Below, piece by piece: positions 36,414 to 46,283 of a DNA stretch of 64,000 bases (the first letter of the stretch is position 1; every line of letters starts with the position of its first letter). The position numbers were made by a program, and so were the translations under genes. The stretch is from positions 32,001-96,000 of the IMG/VR virus record IMGVR_UViG_3300042301_004349; one strand, written 5' to 3'. The stretch comes from a virus. Under the pieces are notes generated by a model. It was not told where the DNA came from and did not search any database. It saw only the letters and a program-made list of their open reading frames with translations.

Positions 36414-38734
36414 TATCTAGCTTGTGCTCCTGTTAAATAACCAGTTCCGGATATTGGATTTGGTAAATAATTTAAAAATCCACCTTCTTTATATGTAGGT
36501 AATTCTTTTCCAATAATAGTAAAACTAAATTGTGCATTTATATACATTGCTAATTTTTCATCTATATCCCAAGATGAAACATCAGGTATGTCAAAAGAAA
36601 TTGATGTTAATATTCCTGGTTCGCTTACTAAATAATTTCCTAATGTTACTTTTGTAATTATTCCCCCTAATCTGTTATTACTATCATATTTTCCAGCACC
36701 TGCTGATTGCAATTCACTCAATGCTCTATGTTTTTCAAATAAATGAGTTTTGTTGAAACATGGAATTTGTATATTAAAACTTACATCTCTCTTATGCTCA
36801 GTGAAGGTATAAAAACTTTCTGACCTACCCACATATTTTACTGGGTTCCAGGTGGAGTTTGAATTATATTTAAAACCTGATAGATATGCTGAAAATACTA
36901 CATTTCTTGCGTCTGTTGCTGTGAATGGGTCTATTGTGTCAAAACTAACAAGCATTATGTCTCGATCAACTCTATTAAAATGAGGAGTTGTATTTTCCCC
37001 ATTAAAATAAAACCCACGTTGGTTTTGTCTGTTTACTGGTACATCTGCTAATTTAAAGGACTCAGCCTCAGATGTTGATGTCATCTCATTGTTTTGGAAA
37101 ACTGTCTCTAATTTCCCTTCCATTTTAGAAACATCTATAATAGAGGCTTTAACAGATTTTGATATCCCCGGTTTACCACTTTTAACAACTAACTCATCCA
37201 ATTCATGCATTTCTTTATCCCAATTAGATAATTGAGCATCAGCTTCTGCCTGAGTTTTGCCATAAAAAATTTTATCTCCTGTACCAATATTAAAATTTGT
37301 TGGGGATTCTACGCCTGCCCCCCCTGGTGTTTCTTGTTGAATTTTGATTACTCTTGTACTTTTTGTGTAATCAGTATCTTCTTTTTGAGTTTTTAATACA
37401 ACAAATTTATCAGATAGGACATCTCTTAATGGGTTTATTGCTGGGGTTCCTTTTGCACCTTCAACTACACTAATATTTCCATTTCCAATATCCTTTTGTA
37501 ATTTACTTTCTGGGTGTTGGGGATTATATAAAAATTGGTTGGTTCCTGGTTTTGTAGAATCAATTTCAAGTGGAGTTCTCTTTAATGCATCAAATTGGCC
37601 TAATTCTTTAACATTATTTAAAGGAGTAATTTGAGGGGATATAGGAGTTGCAATTTTTCCACCTTTCCACCTAAGGATTTCTTGTCTTGTTTTACCTTGT
37701 TTGTCCTCAAGTACATAACTATCCCCAATATACCTACTTCTTTCGGTTAAAGGGTTAAAAGATAAACTTCCAAGTATAGTTTGAAATTCTGATTCAGTAA
37801 GAGCATCTCTTATTTTTCTTCTATCATCGGTAAATGCATATCTATTAATAGTGGTTCTTCCTATACCATACAATGAATTAGGACCCCCATTGTAACTATC
37901 AATAGTAAATTGTTCAAGTAATGATTTTACATCTAGTTTATTTCTTTTAAATTTAGTACGGTCAAAATCAGAACGAATAAATTTTTCTCGAAAAAAATCA
38001 CCACCTTCTTCCTCAGTTTTTTGTTTTAAAAGTTTATTAGTATCTCTAGTAGCTTGTCTTCCGTCTCTATTAGCTGCTCTATTAAGTTGTCTTCCTTCTC
38101 GGTTATTTGCTCTATTTTCTCTTCTTCCTTCTCGGTTAGCGGCTCTATTTTCTCTTCTTTCTTCTCGTAAATCAAAATCTTCACCAACTCCTCCTATCTG
38201 ATCTCCTAGATTAAATTTATCAGTTAAACCAACTAACCTATTATTATCAGAATTTTTATTATTTTCAGTAACTACACTAAGGTATTTAATACTGTCGTCT
38301 GTTACTGGGAAAAGACCATGTCTTGTTAAGTGTTTACCAAATGCTGTAAGAGGGATTTGGCGAAGGGTATTAATACCTAAATTATATAAACGAGTTGAAC
38401 CAAGTGCCCCACCAAGTCCTTTTTTTCTTTCAAGTTTAGGATTAGATAATTGTAACCCAACTTGTTTAGCTATAAATAAGGGTCCTTTAGGTGAGTCTTT
38501 AAGAAACTTACCTATACGAATTGTATCAACTACGGATGAATTTAAAGCACCGATTGCTCCCCCTCTGATTAAACCATCATCATATTTAGTAAGTCTAACT
38601 CTGGTAAGAGGTTTATCTAAATCTTCTAATTCGGTTTTTATATAAGGTTGCCCACTGTTACCTCCATCTGAGGTATCATTACCGTATTTTAAGCTGCGTA
38701 GTTGGGTAGCATTTAATTGCGTAATTATAGGCAT
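36413..38734 (-). CDS. putative baseplate / tail-tube-initiator protein
   Basis: C-terminal W...KYVGR.E.FY.F....R.VSF tube-like domain; lies downstream of the tape measure. Confidence 0.55.
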   Translation of the reverse strand: MPIITQLNATQLRSLKYGNDTSDGGNSGQPYIKTELEDLDKPLTRVRLTKYDDGLIRGGAIGALNSSVVDTIRIGKFLKDSPKGPLFIAKQVGLQLSNPKLERKKGLGGALGSTRLYNLGINTLRQIPLTAFGKHLTRHGLFPVTDDSIKYLSVVTENNKNSDNNRLVGLTDKFNLGDQIGGVGEDFDLREERRENRAANREGRRENRANNREGRQLNRAANRDGRQATRDTNKLLKQKTEEEGGDFFREKFIRSDFDRTKFKRNKLDVKSLLEQFTIDSYNGGPNSLYGIGRTTINRYAFTDDRRKIRDALTESEFQTILGSLSFNPLTERSRYIGDSYVLEDKQGKTRQEILRWKGGKIATPISPQITPLNNVKELGQFDALKRTPLEIDSTKPGTNQFLYNPQHPESKLQKDIGNGNISVVEGAKGTPAINPLRDVLSDKFVVLKTQKEDTDYTKSTRVIKIQQETPGGAGVESPTNFNIGTGDKIFYGKTQAEADAQLSNWDKEMHELDELVVKSGKPGISKSVKASIIDVSKMEGKLETVFQNNEMTSTSEAESFKLADVPVNRQNQRGFYFNGENTTPHFNRVDRDIMLVSFDTIDPFTATDARNVVFSAYLSGFKYNSNSTWNPVKYVGRSESFYTFTEHKRDVSFNIQIPCFNKTHLFEKHRALSELQSAGAGKYDSNNRLGGIITKVTLGNYLVSEPGILTSISFDIPDVSSWDIDEKLAMYINAQFSFTIIGKELPTYKEGGFLNYLPNPISGTGYLTGAQAR
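38050..38165 (-). repeat. 11-aa tandem repeat (RRENRAANREG x about 3.5)
   Basis: RRENRAANREG RRENRANNREG RQLNRAANRDG RQATR. Confidence 0.8.
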
Positions 38735-38749
38735 TCCTTAATTTATTTA

Positions 38750-39046
38750 TTAGTAACGACCTTCTGTTGGACCTAAATCGCTATATTTACGACCTTTTTT
38801 TGATTTGTATTGGGTTGCACGTGGATTACGTGGTGCCTTTGGATCTAATTCATCTAATGTAGATTCTGGTCTAACTTTAGAAGAACCATTAAAGTCAACT
38901 AATTTAACTTTAGGATCGGTATGGATTGAGTACTGATTGTGTAATTTATCAGTAGCTGTACCAGCAAAATATCCAAATTTTCTACCTTCTAATCTATTAG
39001 CTACTAAACCTAATTTGCTTTTGTCTTTTTGGTTAATGATTGCCAT
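38750..39046 (-). CDS. hypothetical basic protein
   Basis: 98-aa ORF with upstream ATATTTAT motif. Confidence 0.6.
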   Translation of the reverse strand: MAIINQKDKSKLGLVANRLEGRKFGYFAGTATDKLHNQYSIHTDPKVKLVDFNGSSKVRPESTLDELDPKAPRNPRATQYKSKKGRKYSDLGPTEGRY

Positions 39047-39086
39047 TTTTATTTTAATTTAAAATTGTCTATGTATAAATATTTAC

Positions 39087-41756
39087 TTAGGCCGTTTTAT
39101 AACGCCCGTTCATATTTTGTGTTGTACCTACTTTCACGCTATCCATCATCACTATACCTTCTTTATTGATTAGTTGACCAATAGCAGCTCTAACTTCATT
39201 AAGGGCTGAAACTACTGGTGATAGGTCAATAGCTACTCCACCACCTCCACTACTTTCACCACCCATTAAATCTGTACCTACTTTGATTTTACCATCAGCA
39301 CCGTACATTGCTTTATCGTTTGGATCTAATTGAACTGATCCAAACCCCCCAGTCATTACTGGTCCTTTGCTTGGGTCAATCACACCATCTCTCATAGCCA
39401 TGTAAGTACCTAAAGAAGCCATAACAGCGGCTAAACCTGCTATAATCCATACTGTAGCGGCACCGAATGAAACGGCTTCTGCTGCGGTAACTGTGGCTGC
39501 TGCTGTTCCTGCTGCAAGTGTTGCTTCTGTAGCTCTTAAACCCAACAATATTGGTATTTTAGCTATTTGTGCTAATATCCCAGCTTTACTAATTCCTTCA
39601 AATAGGGCTTTTCCTCTAGCTACAATTAAATCTTTAAGAGCCCAACCATATGCTATTACTTTAGTAGCTAATGATTCTTTTTCTAATGCTGAGCTTAATT
39701 GTCTAAATGATAATTTACTTCCTTCAGTGGCTAATCCTATTGCTGCCTGGGCGTTACCAAAAGTTGATAATGTATTTTCTGTTATTTTGTGTGTTAACGA
39801 TGCCGCTTGGTAACCTACTTTTCGACCCATTAAAGTTGCTGATAGTCCTTCAGTAATTGCTATTGCTTTGCCAATTCCATTTATAGCTAACATTGTTCCA
39901 TAAATGCCTAGAAATAATCCTCCTATTATTTTAATAGGAGTAGCCATATAATTAATTATATTTAAAGCTCCACTTAACATATCTATAAATGAACCTAACG
40001 GACCCGCCATTAAATTGCCAAATAAACTTTGTAATTTTTCTACAGCAGCATTAAATTTATCTTGAATATTTTGTCTTTCAAGAGCTTGTGCTGCTTCTTC
40101 CTCACTTATTTGTTGTAATGATTTCCCAGATTTAACTGCTTCTTCTCTTTTTCTCAATTGTTCAGCTAATTTATCTGAGGTAGTTCCTAAAGACTGAGCA
40201 TAAGCGTCTTGTGCTAATACATTCATTTTAGAGAACTTAGTAGCAGTCATACCTTGGTTTGCTAATTCTTGAGCAACACCAGCCATATCACCTTGTAAAG
40301 CTAATGCTCTAGCTCTTTCTAAATTTAGAGCCTGACCTGTTAATAACTCAGCTTTTAACTCATTTTCAATTGATGATTCAAAATTTAATAAAGATTCTGC
40401 TTGTGACTTAGTATCTTCTAATGTAGTACCTAATGCTTTAGCTTGAACTACAGCTCTAGCTATACGTTCAGGATTATATCCTAAATTAGCAGCCAATTGG
40501 CCTGATACTTTAACAGCTTCTGCTAATGTTGCTTTAAAATCAATACCAACTTTAAGTTGATTTCTTGCAGTTGTTAAACCTCTAACAAACGATCTGTATG
40601 TTTCTTCTGATGATTTACCTGATAATGTTGCAAATCTTTGAACTTGAGCAGCTTCTTCTGCTTGTAATCCAACTTGTTTTGTTAATTTAATTTGAGTTTC
40701 AAGTTGATCAGCAGTAAATTCATAAGCAAATCCTGTTACTTTAGCCAATTCTCCAAAAGCTTGGGTTAAATTAGCAGTAGTGACATTTAGATTATTAGAT
40801 GAGCTTTCAATAGCAACCATCTTTTCTCTAAAAGCATCAGCTCTTTGAGTTCCATAACCTAATTGCTTTCCTAATTCAACTGCTTGTGCGTTTGCATTTA
40901 AAGCAGCTTTAAAGAAGAAATTAGCGATTTTTAATAATATAGTAAGTTGTGTAACTGGGTCTTTTAATGCTTGGCCTATGCCAGAAACAATTCCTGTCAT
41001 TCCTTTCATCATCACCTCCCACTTAGTTCCTGTTTTAGCGGTATCTCTCATATCTTCCTTTAAATTCTCAAAGAAATCACTACTAATACCTAATTTACCT
41101 AAAGAACCAACGATACCATCTACTATTTTTCCAGATATACCTAGCTTTTCAATAATTTTATTTTCCTCATCTAATCTTTGTTGAGTAAGTGTTTGTGCTC
41201 TATATAAATAATTGTTATTCTGATCTAAAAATTTACCTTCCTTATCAAATAATCCATTTAATTCTCTGTATTGAGATATTTCTTCTAAAACATTTTTAAG
41301 GCCTCTTTCTTTAGCGTTTGCTTCAATTCTATCTAAATTTTGACCTTTATATTTACTATCTAAAAATTCTTTACTTTTATATAACTTTTGAGTTTCGATT
41401 TGAAGTTTTTTCTGGTTGCTTATTAAGTCTTGTTTAGATAGTCTACTAATATCTTGAGAGTCATATTTCAATTTATCAGCAAGACCACTTATTTTTTTAA
41501 AACTTGAATTAATATCTCTAGAAGTAACATTAGTTTTAGATAAGTCTCTTACAACATTTTTTAATTGATCTGCTAGATCTGTAAAATCATTAGATAAAGA
41601 ATCAAAGTGACGTTGAGCATTAATTAATTCTCTATTAAATTCAGCAGTACTAGCCTTAACCTCATCCATTCGCTTTCTAAGTTCGGTAGCGTTTAGACCT
41701 GAGTCTTTTAAATACTGTTCAATCTGTTTTAATAATTTCTCATCCATGAGTAGCAA
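39087..41756 (-). CDS. tail tape measure protein
   Basis: 889 aa, Ala/Leu/Gln-rich helical, hydrophobic segments; follows tube and chaperone genes. Confidence 0.85.
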   Translation of the reverse strand: MLLMDEKLLKQIEQYLKDSGLNATELRKRMDEVKASTAEFNRELINAQRHFDSLSNDFTDLADQLKNVVRDLSKTNVTSRDINSSFKKISGLADKLKYDSQDISRLSKQDLISNQKKLQIETQKLYKSKEFLDSKYKGQNLDRIEANAKERGLKNVLEEISQYRELNGLFDKEGKFLDQNNNYLYRAQTLTQQRLDEENKIIEKLGISGKIVDGIVGSLGKLGISSDFFENLKEDMRDTAKTGTKWEVMMKGMTGIVSGIGQALKDPVTQLTILLKIANFFFKAALNANAQAVELGKQLGYGTQRADAFREKMVAIESSSNNLNVTTANLTQAFGELAKVTGFAYEFTADQLETQIKLTKQVGLQAEEAAQVQRFATLSGKSSEETYRSFVRGLTTARNQLKVGIDFKATLAEAVKVSGQLAANLGYNPERIARAVVQAKALGTTLEDTKSQAESLLNFESSIENELKAELLTGQALNLERARALALQGDMAGVAQELANQGMTATKFSKMNVLAQDAYAQSLGTTSDKLAEQLRKREEAVKSGKSLQQISEEEAAQALERQNIQDKFNAAVEKLQSLFGNLMAGPLGSFIDMLSGALNIINYMATPIKIIGGLFLGIYGTMLAINGIGKAIAITEGLSATLMGRKVGYQAASLTHKITENTLSTFGNAQAAIGLATEGSKLSFRQLSSALEKESLATKVIAYGWALKDLIVARGKALFEGISKAGILAQIAKIPILLGLRATEATLAAGTAAATVTAAEAVSFGAATVWIIAGLAAVMASLGTYMAMRDGVIDPSKGPVMTGGFGSVQLDPNDKAMYGADGKIKVGTDLMGGESSGGGGVAIDLSPVVSALNEVRAAIGQLINKEGIVMMDSVKVGTTQNMNGRYKTA

Positions 41757-41785
41757 TAATAGGTAATAATTACTCGTATAAATAT

Positions 41786-41812
41786 AAAAAGCGCCTATTT
41801 CTTAGGCGCTTT
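41786..41812 (-). terminator. intrinsic terminator overlapping the stop of the frameshift ORF
   Basis: AAAGCGCCTA-AGAAA-TAGGCGCTTT followed by TT. Confidence 0.7.
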
Positions 41813-42073
41813 CGTTGAATATGTAGGTTGTGATACGTTGGGTGTTAATGGTTTTGATGATGGTTTTGTTTTATTCTCAAGCTGTTTATTTTGTTTTTCA
41901 ATAGCTTCAGCTTCTTCTTCATAAAACTTTTTCATCTTATGGAATGTAAATCGACGCAACCATATCGGCATATTATATACTGTATTCCAATCATATCCAC
42001 CTTTTCCATGAAATACAATTTCGTGGATTTGGTCAAATATTATAGGTCTATCTTCCTGAGTCAGGCCAAAAAA
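41795..42073 (-). CDS. tail assembly chaperone extension (gpT-like), probably reached by frameshift
   Basis: +1 frame opens at the T7 run: FFGLTQEDRPIIFDQIHEIVFHGKGGYDWNTVYNMPIWLRRF...APKK*; first ATG is internal (41971). Confidence 0.7.
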   Translation of the reverse strand, partial: FFGLTQEDRPIIFDQIHEIVFHGKGGYDWNTVYNMPIWLRRFTFHKMKKFYEEEAEAIEKQNKQLENKTKPSSKPLTPNVSQPTYSTKAPKK

Positions 42074-42800
42074 AGTTAATTCCTACTGGAATAGAAATGC
42101 CCTCCTCTGCACCTTCATGGTAATAAGTCATATCAATGTCTGGTTGGATTTCTGCATAGTATTCACGTAATGCTCTAGCGTCTTTTGCTGTTAATCCATT
42201 ATCAACAAAGTCACGAATAGTTGCTAATTCTCTACTACCATTAACCGATGTAATAATATATTTTAAACGTGTAGTGATTTCAAATGAACTTTGTGGATTG
42301 ATTTTTTTCAAACCTTTAATTTCACCATCAATTTTTTGTTCATCACCGTGTGTTAACAACTTAAATGTTACTGTATTTCCTGATAAAGGCATTTTAAATG
42401 TAAATTCATTTACACCTTCTTTAAACAATGATAAATCAACTTCTTTTTCTTTTAATGTTGATAAGTCAACAGTTATCATTTCTTCTACACCTGTCTCGTA
42501 GTTATAATTTTTGAATTGATATTCAGCACCATAACCTAAAATACGTGCTCCTAATAGTATTGCGTTTTTATCGCATACTAATATATCATTAAAACTAACT
42601 GGTGTTACGATTAATGATTGCATTACTCTGTTGAGTACTGATCCATCTTTAATATAGTTAGCATTGGTGAGAATATCTTCTTCCTTAGCTGTCATATATT
42701 TCATTTCAATTTCACCTTTAGAAAGTGGTGAGTCTTTCGGATATAGTAATCCTTTTGAAGGTAACGAAACCGTTTCGGTTGGCATTTTAAAATCGCTCAT
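42048..42800 (-). CDS. tail assembly chaperone / T4 gp26-like baseplate hub assembly protein
   Basis: LPSKG..Y, MTAKEEDIL, D.NAIL..ARI..YG..Y, ends NFFWP; lies between tube and tape measure genes. Confidence 0.75.
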   Translation of the reverse strand: MSDFKMPTETVSLPSKGLLYPKDSPLSKGEIEMKYMTAKEEDILTNANYIKDGSVLNRVMQSLIVTPVSFNDILVCDKNAILLGARILGYGAEYQFKNYNYETGVEEMITVDLSTLKEKEVDLSLFKEGVNEFTFKMPLSGNTVTFKLLTHGDEQKIDGEIKGLKKINPQSSFEITTRLKYIITSVNGSRELATIRDFVDNGLTAKDARALREYYAEIQPDIDMTYYHEGAEEGISIPVGINFFWPDSGR

Positions 42801-42849
42801 ATAACATTTTTATTTTGTTCGTATATAAATATATAGAAAAAGAAAAATA

Positions 42850-43338
42850 TTAAATATAGTTTTTAATAAAATTTAAATACGTTTTCTTCGGATGAAATAT
42901 TTGATTGTATTTAGTTGCAGCTTGCCCTTGGATTGGGGAGGACCCCGTTGTAGATGATCTTTTCTGTGTTATTGCTGGGTATACTGTTGGGTCATTTGCT
43001 TGCTTATATGGGATACCACCGCTTACTCCTGTTTTTTCAATATCAAGGTTAGTAGCATCAAATATTGTGTGTTTAGGTGCTGATTCGCTAGTAGCATCAA
43101 GACCAGTTAAATTTAGTAAATTACTTTTACTAGGTATTTCTTTAACATGTTGTAAATACGTTTCTTGTGGAACGAATTTTTGGAAAAAATGTTTTGGAGC
43201 ACCAGGATTAGCTTTATTTGTTGGAGTGCCTGAGTTATTTTGGTTAAAAGTAGTACTAGTATCAAGTCTATTAAAGCCAGATGGTTCCGGACTTTCTAGA
43301 TCTAATTTTGTTCTGTTGAATGATTTTAGTAATCCCAT
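42850..43338 (-). CDS. hypothetical protein with internal duplication
   Basis: start MGLLKS 4 nt after ATATTTAT; halves F..T.LD(L/I)E....SG...Q.F.P..TYL..(V/I)K repeated twice. Confidence 0.6.
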   Translation of the reverse strand: MGLLKSFNRTKLDLESPEPSGFNRLDTSTTFNQNNSGTPTNKANPGAPKHFFQKFVPQETYLQHVKEIPSKSNLLNLTGLDATSESAPKHTIFDATNLDIEKTGVSGGIPYKQANDPTVYPAITQKRSSTTGSSPIQGQAATKYNQIFHPKKTYLNFIKNYI

Positions 43339-43351
43339 GGATATAAATATG

Positions 43352-43383
43352 AAAAAAAAAGAAAGCGTCTGCAAAGCAGACGC
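43352..43383 (-). terminator. intrinsic terminator after the tail tube gene
   Basis: GCGTCTGC-TTT-GCAGACGC followed by TTTCTTTTTTTTT. Confidence 0.85.
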
Positions 43384-43411
43384 CTCTAAAAAAGAAATAT
43401 GAAAGGGGAAA

Positions 43412-43897
43412 TTAAAAATTCAATACACAATAATCCATAGCAATAGTAAGGGAAATGTTTATTGCTGATTCACTAGCCCAATCGTATTCACCAAAGTTTG
43501 CTGATTTTACATAAGCACCTTTGATTACCCATTCGCTAACAATGTCACCTACTGGGCCTAATACGTTTAATACTAAGTCTTTTTTATAGAAATCAGAATA
43601 ACCATCACGGCCTGTTACTGATTCGTGAGCCAAACGAGCCCATTCCATTACAGCTTGAGCACCACTTGGAGTGATTGGATCATAAAGTTCTAAGGTCATA
43701 TCTTGCCATCTAACTTTACCTTTTACTTTACGGTAAACGTTAATGTGGTCTAATACGATTTCACCGGCATCAAATTGAGGTGACGCTGCCTTCTTAATCA
43801 AATATGCAGGAATACCATCTACATACATGATGAAACGGTTTTGCACCTTTGGTTCGAAAGCGGTGAACATTATTTGATTTGCGTCTAATACAGCCAT
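43412..43897 (-). CDS. tail tube protein (T4 gp19-like)
   Basis: FEPK..NRF, W....L..YDPI.PSGAQAVMEW, YKKD, W..KGA. Confidence 0.9.
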   Translation of the reverse strand: MAVLDANQIMFTAFEPKVQNRFIMYVDGIPAYLIKKAASPQFDAGEIVLDHINVYRKVKGKVRWQDMTLELYDPITPSGAQAVMEWARLAHESVTGRDGYSDFYKKDLVLNVLGPVGDIVSEWVIKGAYVKSANFGEYDWASESAINISLTIAMDYCVLNF

Positions 43898-43943
43898 TTT
43901 ATGTTAAATTTTGTCTATTAATAAATATTATTGTTTATAACTC

Positions 43944-45656
43944 TTACGCTGGGAATGTTGCCCCAGTTGGTAATACTGTGAAATCTAACACAATGAATTC
44001 TGCTGTTTTACTTGGTTGTAAATAGATTTGACCAACTAATTGGTTTCTATCGATTACATCAGGTGTGTTATTAGAATCATCCATTACCACTTTATAAGCA
44101 TATAAACCTTGACGTTGTACTACTGATTCTAAGTAAGGGTTTGCAATGCTCATAAATCTGTTTCTTGTAGCTGCTGTATTTTGTTCAAATACTAATGAAC
44201 GACCTACTTGACCTAAGAAACCTTTCAAGGTAATCAACAAACGACGAACGTTAATTCTGTCTAATGAAGTTGATTTTTTCTGTAATGTCTTTTGACCAAA
44301 CGCTACAACACCTTCTCCAGGGAATGAAGCTAATGGGTTAATGTTTGTATCATATAAAGTATCACGATCTTCTTGAGATAATCTTCTTTCAGCTCTTAAT
44401 ACTGATCCAATTCCACCACGGTTTAAACCTGCTGGAGCGAACCATTCAGCACCTACTTGGTCGTTGAATGCGAATACACCACCCATTACTACAGATGGAG
44501 GACACCATACAGCCTTACCTAAGTTATTGCTAAACAATTGTACCCATGGATAATATGCAGCACCATAACTTGAACCATTAGCAGCAGCCGCTGTAACAGC
44601 AGCAGCTACGTTAGCTCCATATGCTGTAGTATCGATAATTGCCATTGAATCACCTCTACCTTCACATACTGCAATTACATCATCTGAGATTGAACTTAAA
44701 GCACCAGTACCTAATGTTACACCAGGAACTAATAATAAGTTAAAGCTATAATCATCTTTATTTGATAATAAAGTTAAAGCAGATGTGTAATCAGCAGCAG
44801 CAAATCCTTGACAGTTTGTAGCTGCCGTGTCATTTGCTTCAAAAAATACAGCTGTTCTGTTAGTTGCAGCTACACCACCACTAAATGAACCACTACCTGC
44901 TGCTGGTAAATAACCACCAAAAGTTGAAGTTTTATAATTACCTAAGTTATCAATTGAATCGATAGTGTTGTTTACTGTTTTAACACGTACATGTGAAGAA
45001 CCACCTTGGAAACTACCTGAAATTTCTACTAAGCCTTTTGAAGCATTGTAAACAGGTTTTGCATCACCTACTACACGAGAGATGAAGTTTGGTTGAGCTG
45101 GGTCTAAAGATAAGTTTGAGAATGTTTCTAGAACATTTTTGTTATTTGTGTTGTCATCACCACGACGAACTACTAATGTAAATGTACCTTTTGTACTGTT
45201 AACATTAGTTACTTCCCAACGTACGTTCTCTATTGAACCAGAAGCTAAAGCACCTGATACTTCAGAACCACTGTTGTTTGCGATATCACCCCACTGAGTA
45301 GCTTCTAAAACAAAAGAAGCAGTTGCGTTTGATGTTGCTGCTGCTGATGAGCTAGCATAAGTGTCATAAGAAGAGCCACTAATAATTTTAGTTACTAACA
45401 ATGAATTTCCACCATTGTTGAAATATTCTTTAGCAGCAAGTGATGTAAAATATTCATAGTAGTTACTTCCACTTTTGAATATATCACCAAAAACTGATAA
45501 ATATTCACTATAAGAAGTTACAACTGTTGGGGCCATTGGGTTACCTTTAACTGTAGGACCAACAATAGCAGCTCCAACCTCTTGAATACCTCTTTGTACT
45601 AAACTCTTGTCGTTTTCGCGAGTAAAAACGCCTGGAGAGATAATTTTTTCTGCCAT
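43944..45656 (-). CDS. contractile tail sheath protein (T4 gp18-like)
   Basis: SPGVF.RE.D, YYPW, WFAPAG..RG, INP, GQKT, RINVRRL, FEQN, P.K.AEFI. Confidence 0.95.
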   Translation of the reverse strand: MAEKIISPGVFTRENDKSLVQRGIQEVGAAIVGPTVKGNPMAPTVVTSYSEYLSVFGDIFKSGSNYYEYFTSLAAKEYFNNGGNSLLVTKIISGSSYDTYASSSAAATSNATASFVLEATQWGDIANNSGSEVSGALASGSIENVRWEVTNVNSTKGTFTLVVRRGDDNTNNKNVLETFSNLSLDPAQPNFISRVVGDAKPVYNASKGLVEISGSFQGGSSHVRVKTVNNTIDSIDNLGNYKTSTFGGYLPAAGSGSFSGGVAATNRTAVFFEANDTAATNCQGFAAADYTSALTLLSNKDDYSFNLLLVPGVTLGTGALSSISDDVIAVCEGRGDSMAIIDTTAYGANVAAAVTAAAANGSSYGAAYYPWVQLFSNNLGKAVWCPPSVVMGGVFAFNDQVGAEWFAPAGLNRGGIGSVLRAERRLSQEDRDTLYDTNINPLASFPGEGVVAFGQKTLQKKSTSLDRINVRRLLITLKGFLGQVGRSLVFEQNTAATRNRFMSIANPYLESVVQRQGLYAYKVVMDDSNNTPDVIDRNQLVGQIYLQPSKTAEFIVLDFTVLPTGATFPA

Positions 45657-45694
45657 AGTATTTTTTAATTAATTTGATTTAAATTATTCTGATA

Positions 45695-45702
45695 ATAAAT
45701 AT
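45695..45702 (-). promoter_or_regulatory. ATATTTAT putative late promoter upstream of the tail sheath gene
   Basis: same motif upstream of tube, chaperone, tape measure and fibre genes. Confidence 0.6.
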
Positions 45703-45728
45703 TCGGAGAAATACGTAACCGCTTGGGG

Positions 45729-45989
45729 TTATGGTAAGATCTCACCTGTCTGGGTGTCTAGATCTCCTTCTCCATATTTTTCACGAATCTTGGTAAGATA
45801 GTCATTTTGACGTTGATAGTTTGATGTTATATCCCCGTACAATTCTGTTAATTCAGTATCAATTATTTTTAATTGATTTTCTAGTTCGTGTTTTTCGTAT
45901 TGTATATGACCAATTTCAAATATTGTTTTTGAATATTGTTCACGAAGCTGGGTGAGTTCAGCCATTTCTTGTTCTGTAATTTTATTCAT
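45729..45989 (-). CDS. hypothetical coiled-coil protein
   Basis: ends KYGEG.LD..TGEI. Confidence 0.6.
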   Translation of the reverse strand: MNKITEQEMAELTQLREQYSKTIFEIGHIQYEKHELENQLKIIDTELTELYGDITSNYQRQNDYLTKIREKYGEGDLDTQTGEILP

Positions 45990-45990
45990 A

Positions 45991-46218
45991 TTATTTTTCC
46001 CATTTATTTTTTGGACAACTTTTTTCTACAGGGCTAAATACCTTTTTATTTAAAGGACACCCACAAGCACCACAAAACCAAAATTTCATTACATCTTGGT
46101 GAGTTTTGTGTTCACACCCATCACACACTGCTAGTCTATGTTCTGCTATTAGTTGTTGTTCTGGTGTTGGGTTAGCTGCTGCTATCCAGGCTTTTCCTAT
46201 TTCTACTAGTTTATTCAT
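45991..46218 (-). CDS. hypothetical Cys-rich protein
   Basis: R..VC..C...C..CGC.L..K......CP..KW. Confidence 0.6.
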   Translation of the reverse strand: MNKLVEIGKAWIAAANPTPEQQLIAEHRLAVCDGCEHKTHQDVMKFWFCGACGCPLNKKVFSPVEKSCPKNKWEK

Positions 46219-46233
46219 ATAACTTAATTTAAT

Positions 46234-46260
46234 AAAGAAAAGCCCCTAAATTAGAGGCTA
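46234..46260 (-). terminator. probable intrinsic terminator
   Basis: AGCCTCTAA-T-TTAGGGGCT followed by TTTCTTT. Confidence 0.5.
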
Positions 46261-46283
46261 TTTCTTCGTCTTATATAGAGGGA

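Noticed and set aside
37178-37210. ELDELVVK resembles the LDEVVV TonB-box-like motif of Bacteroidota SusC proteins
   Set aside because: Too short, and embedded in a low-complexity region, to distinguish from chance
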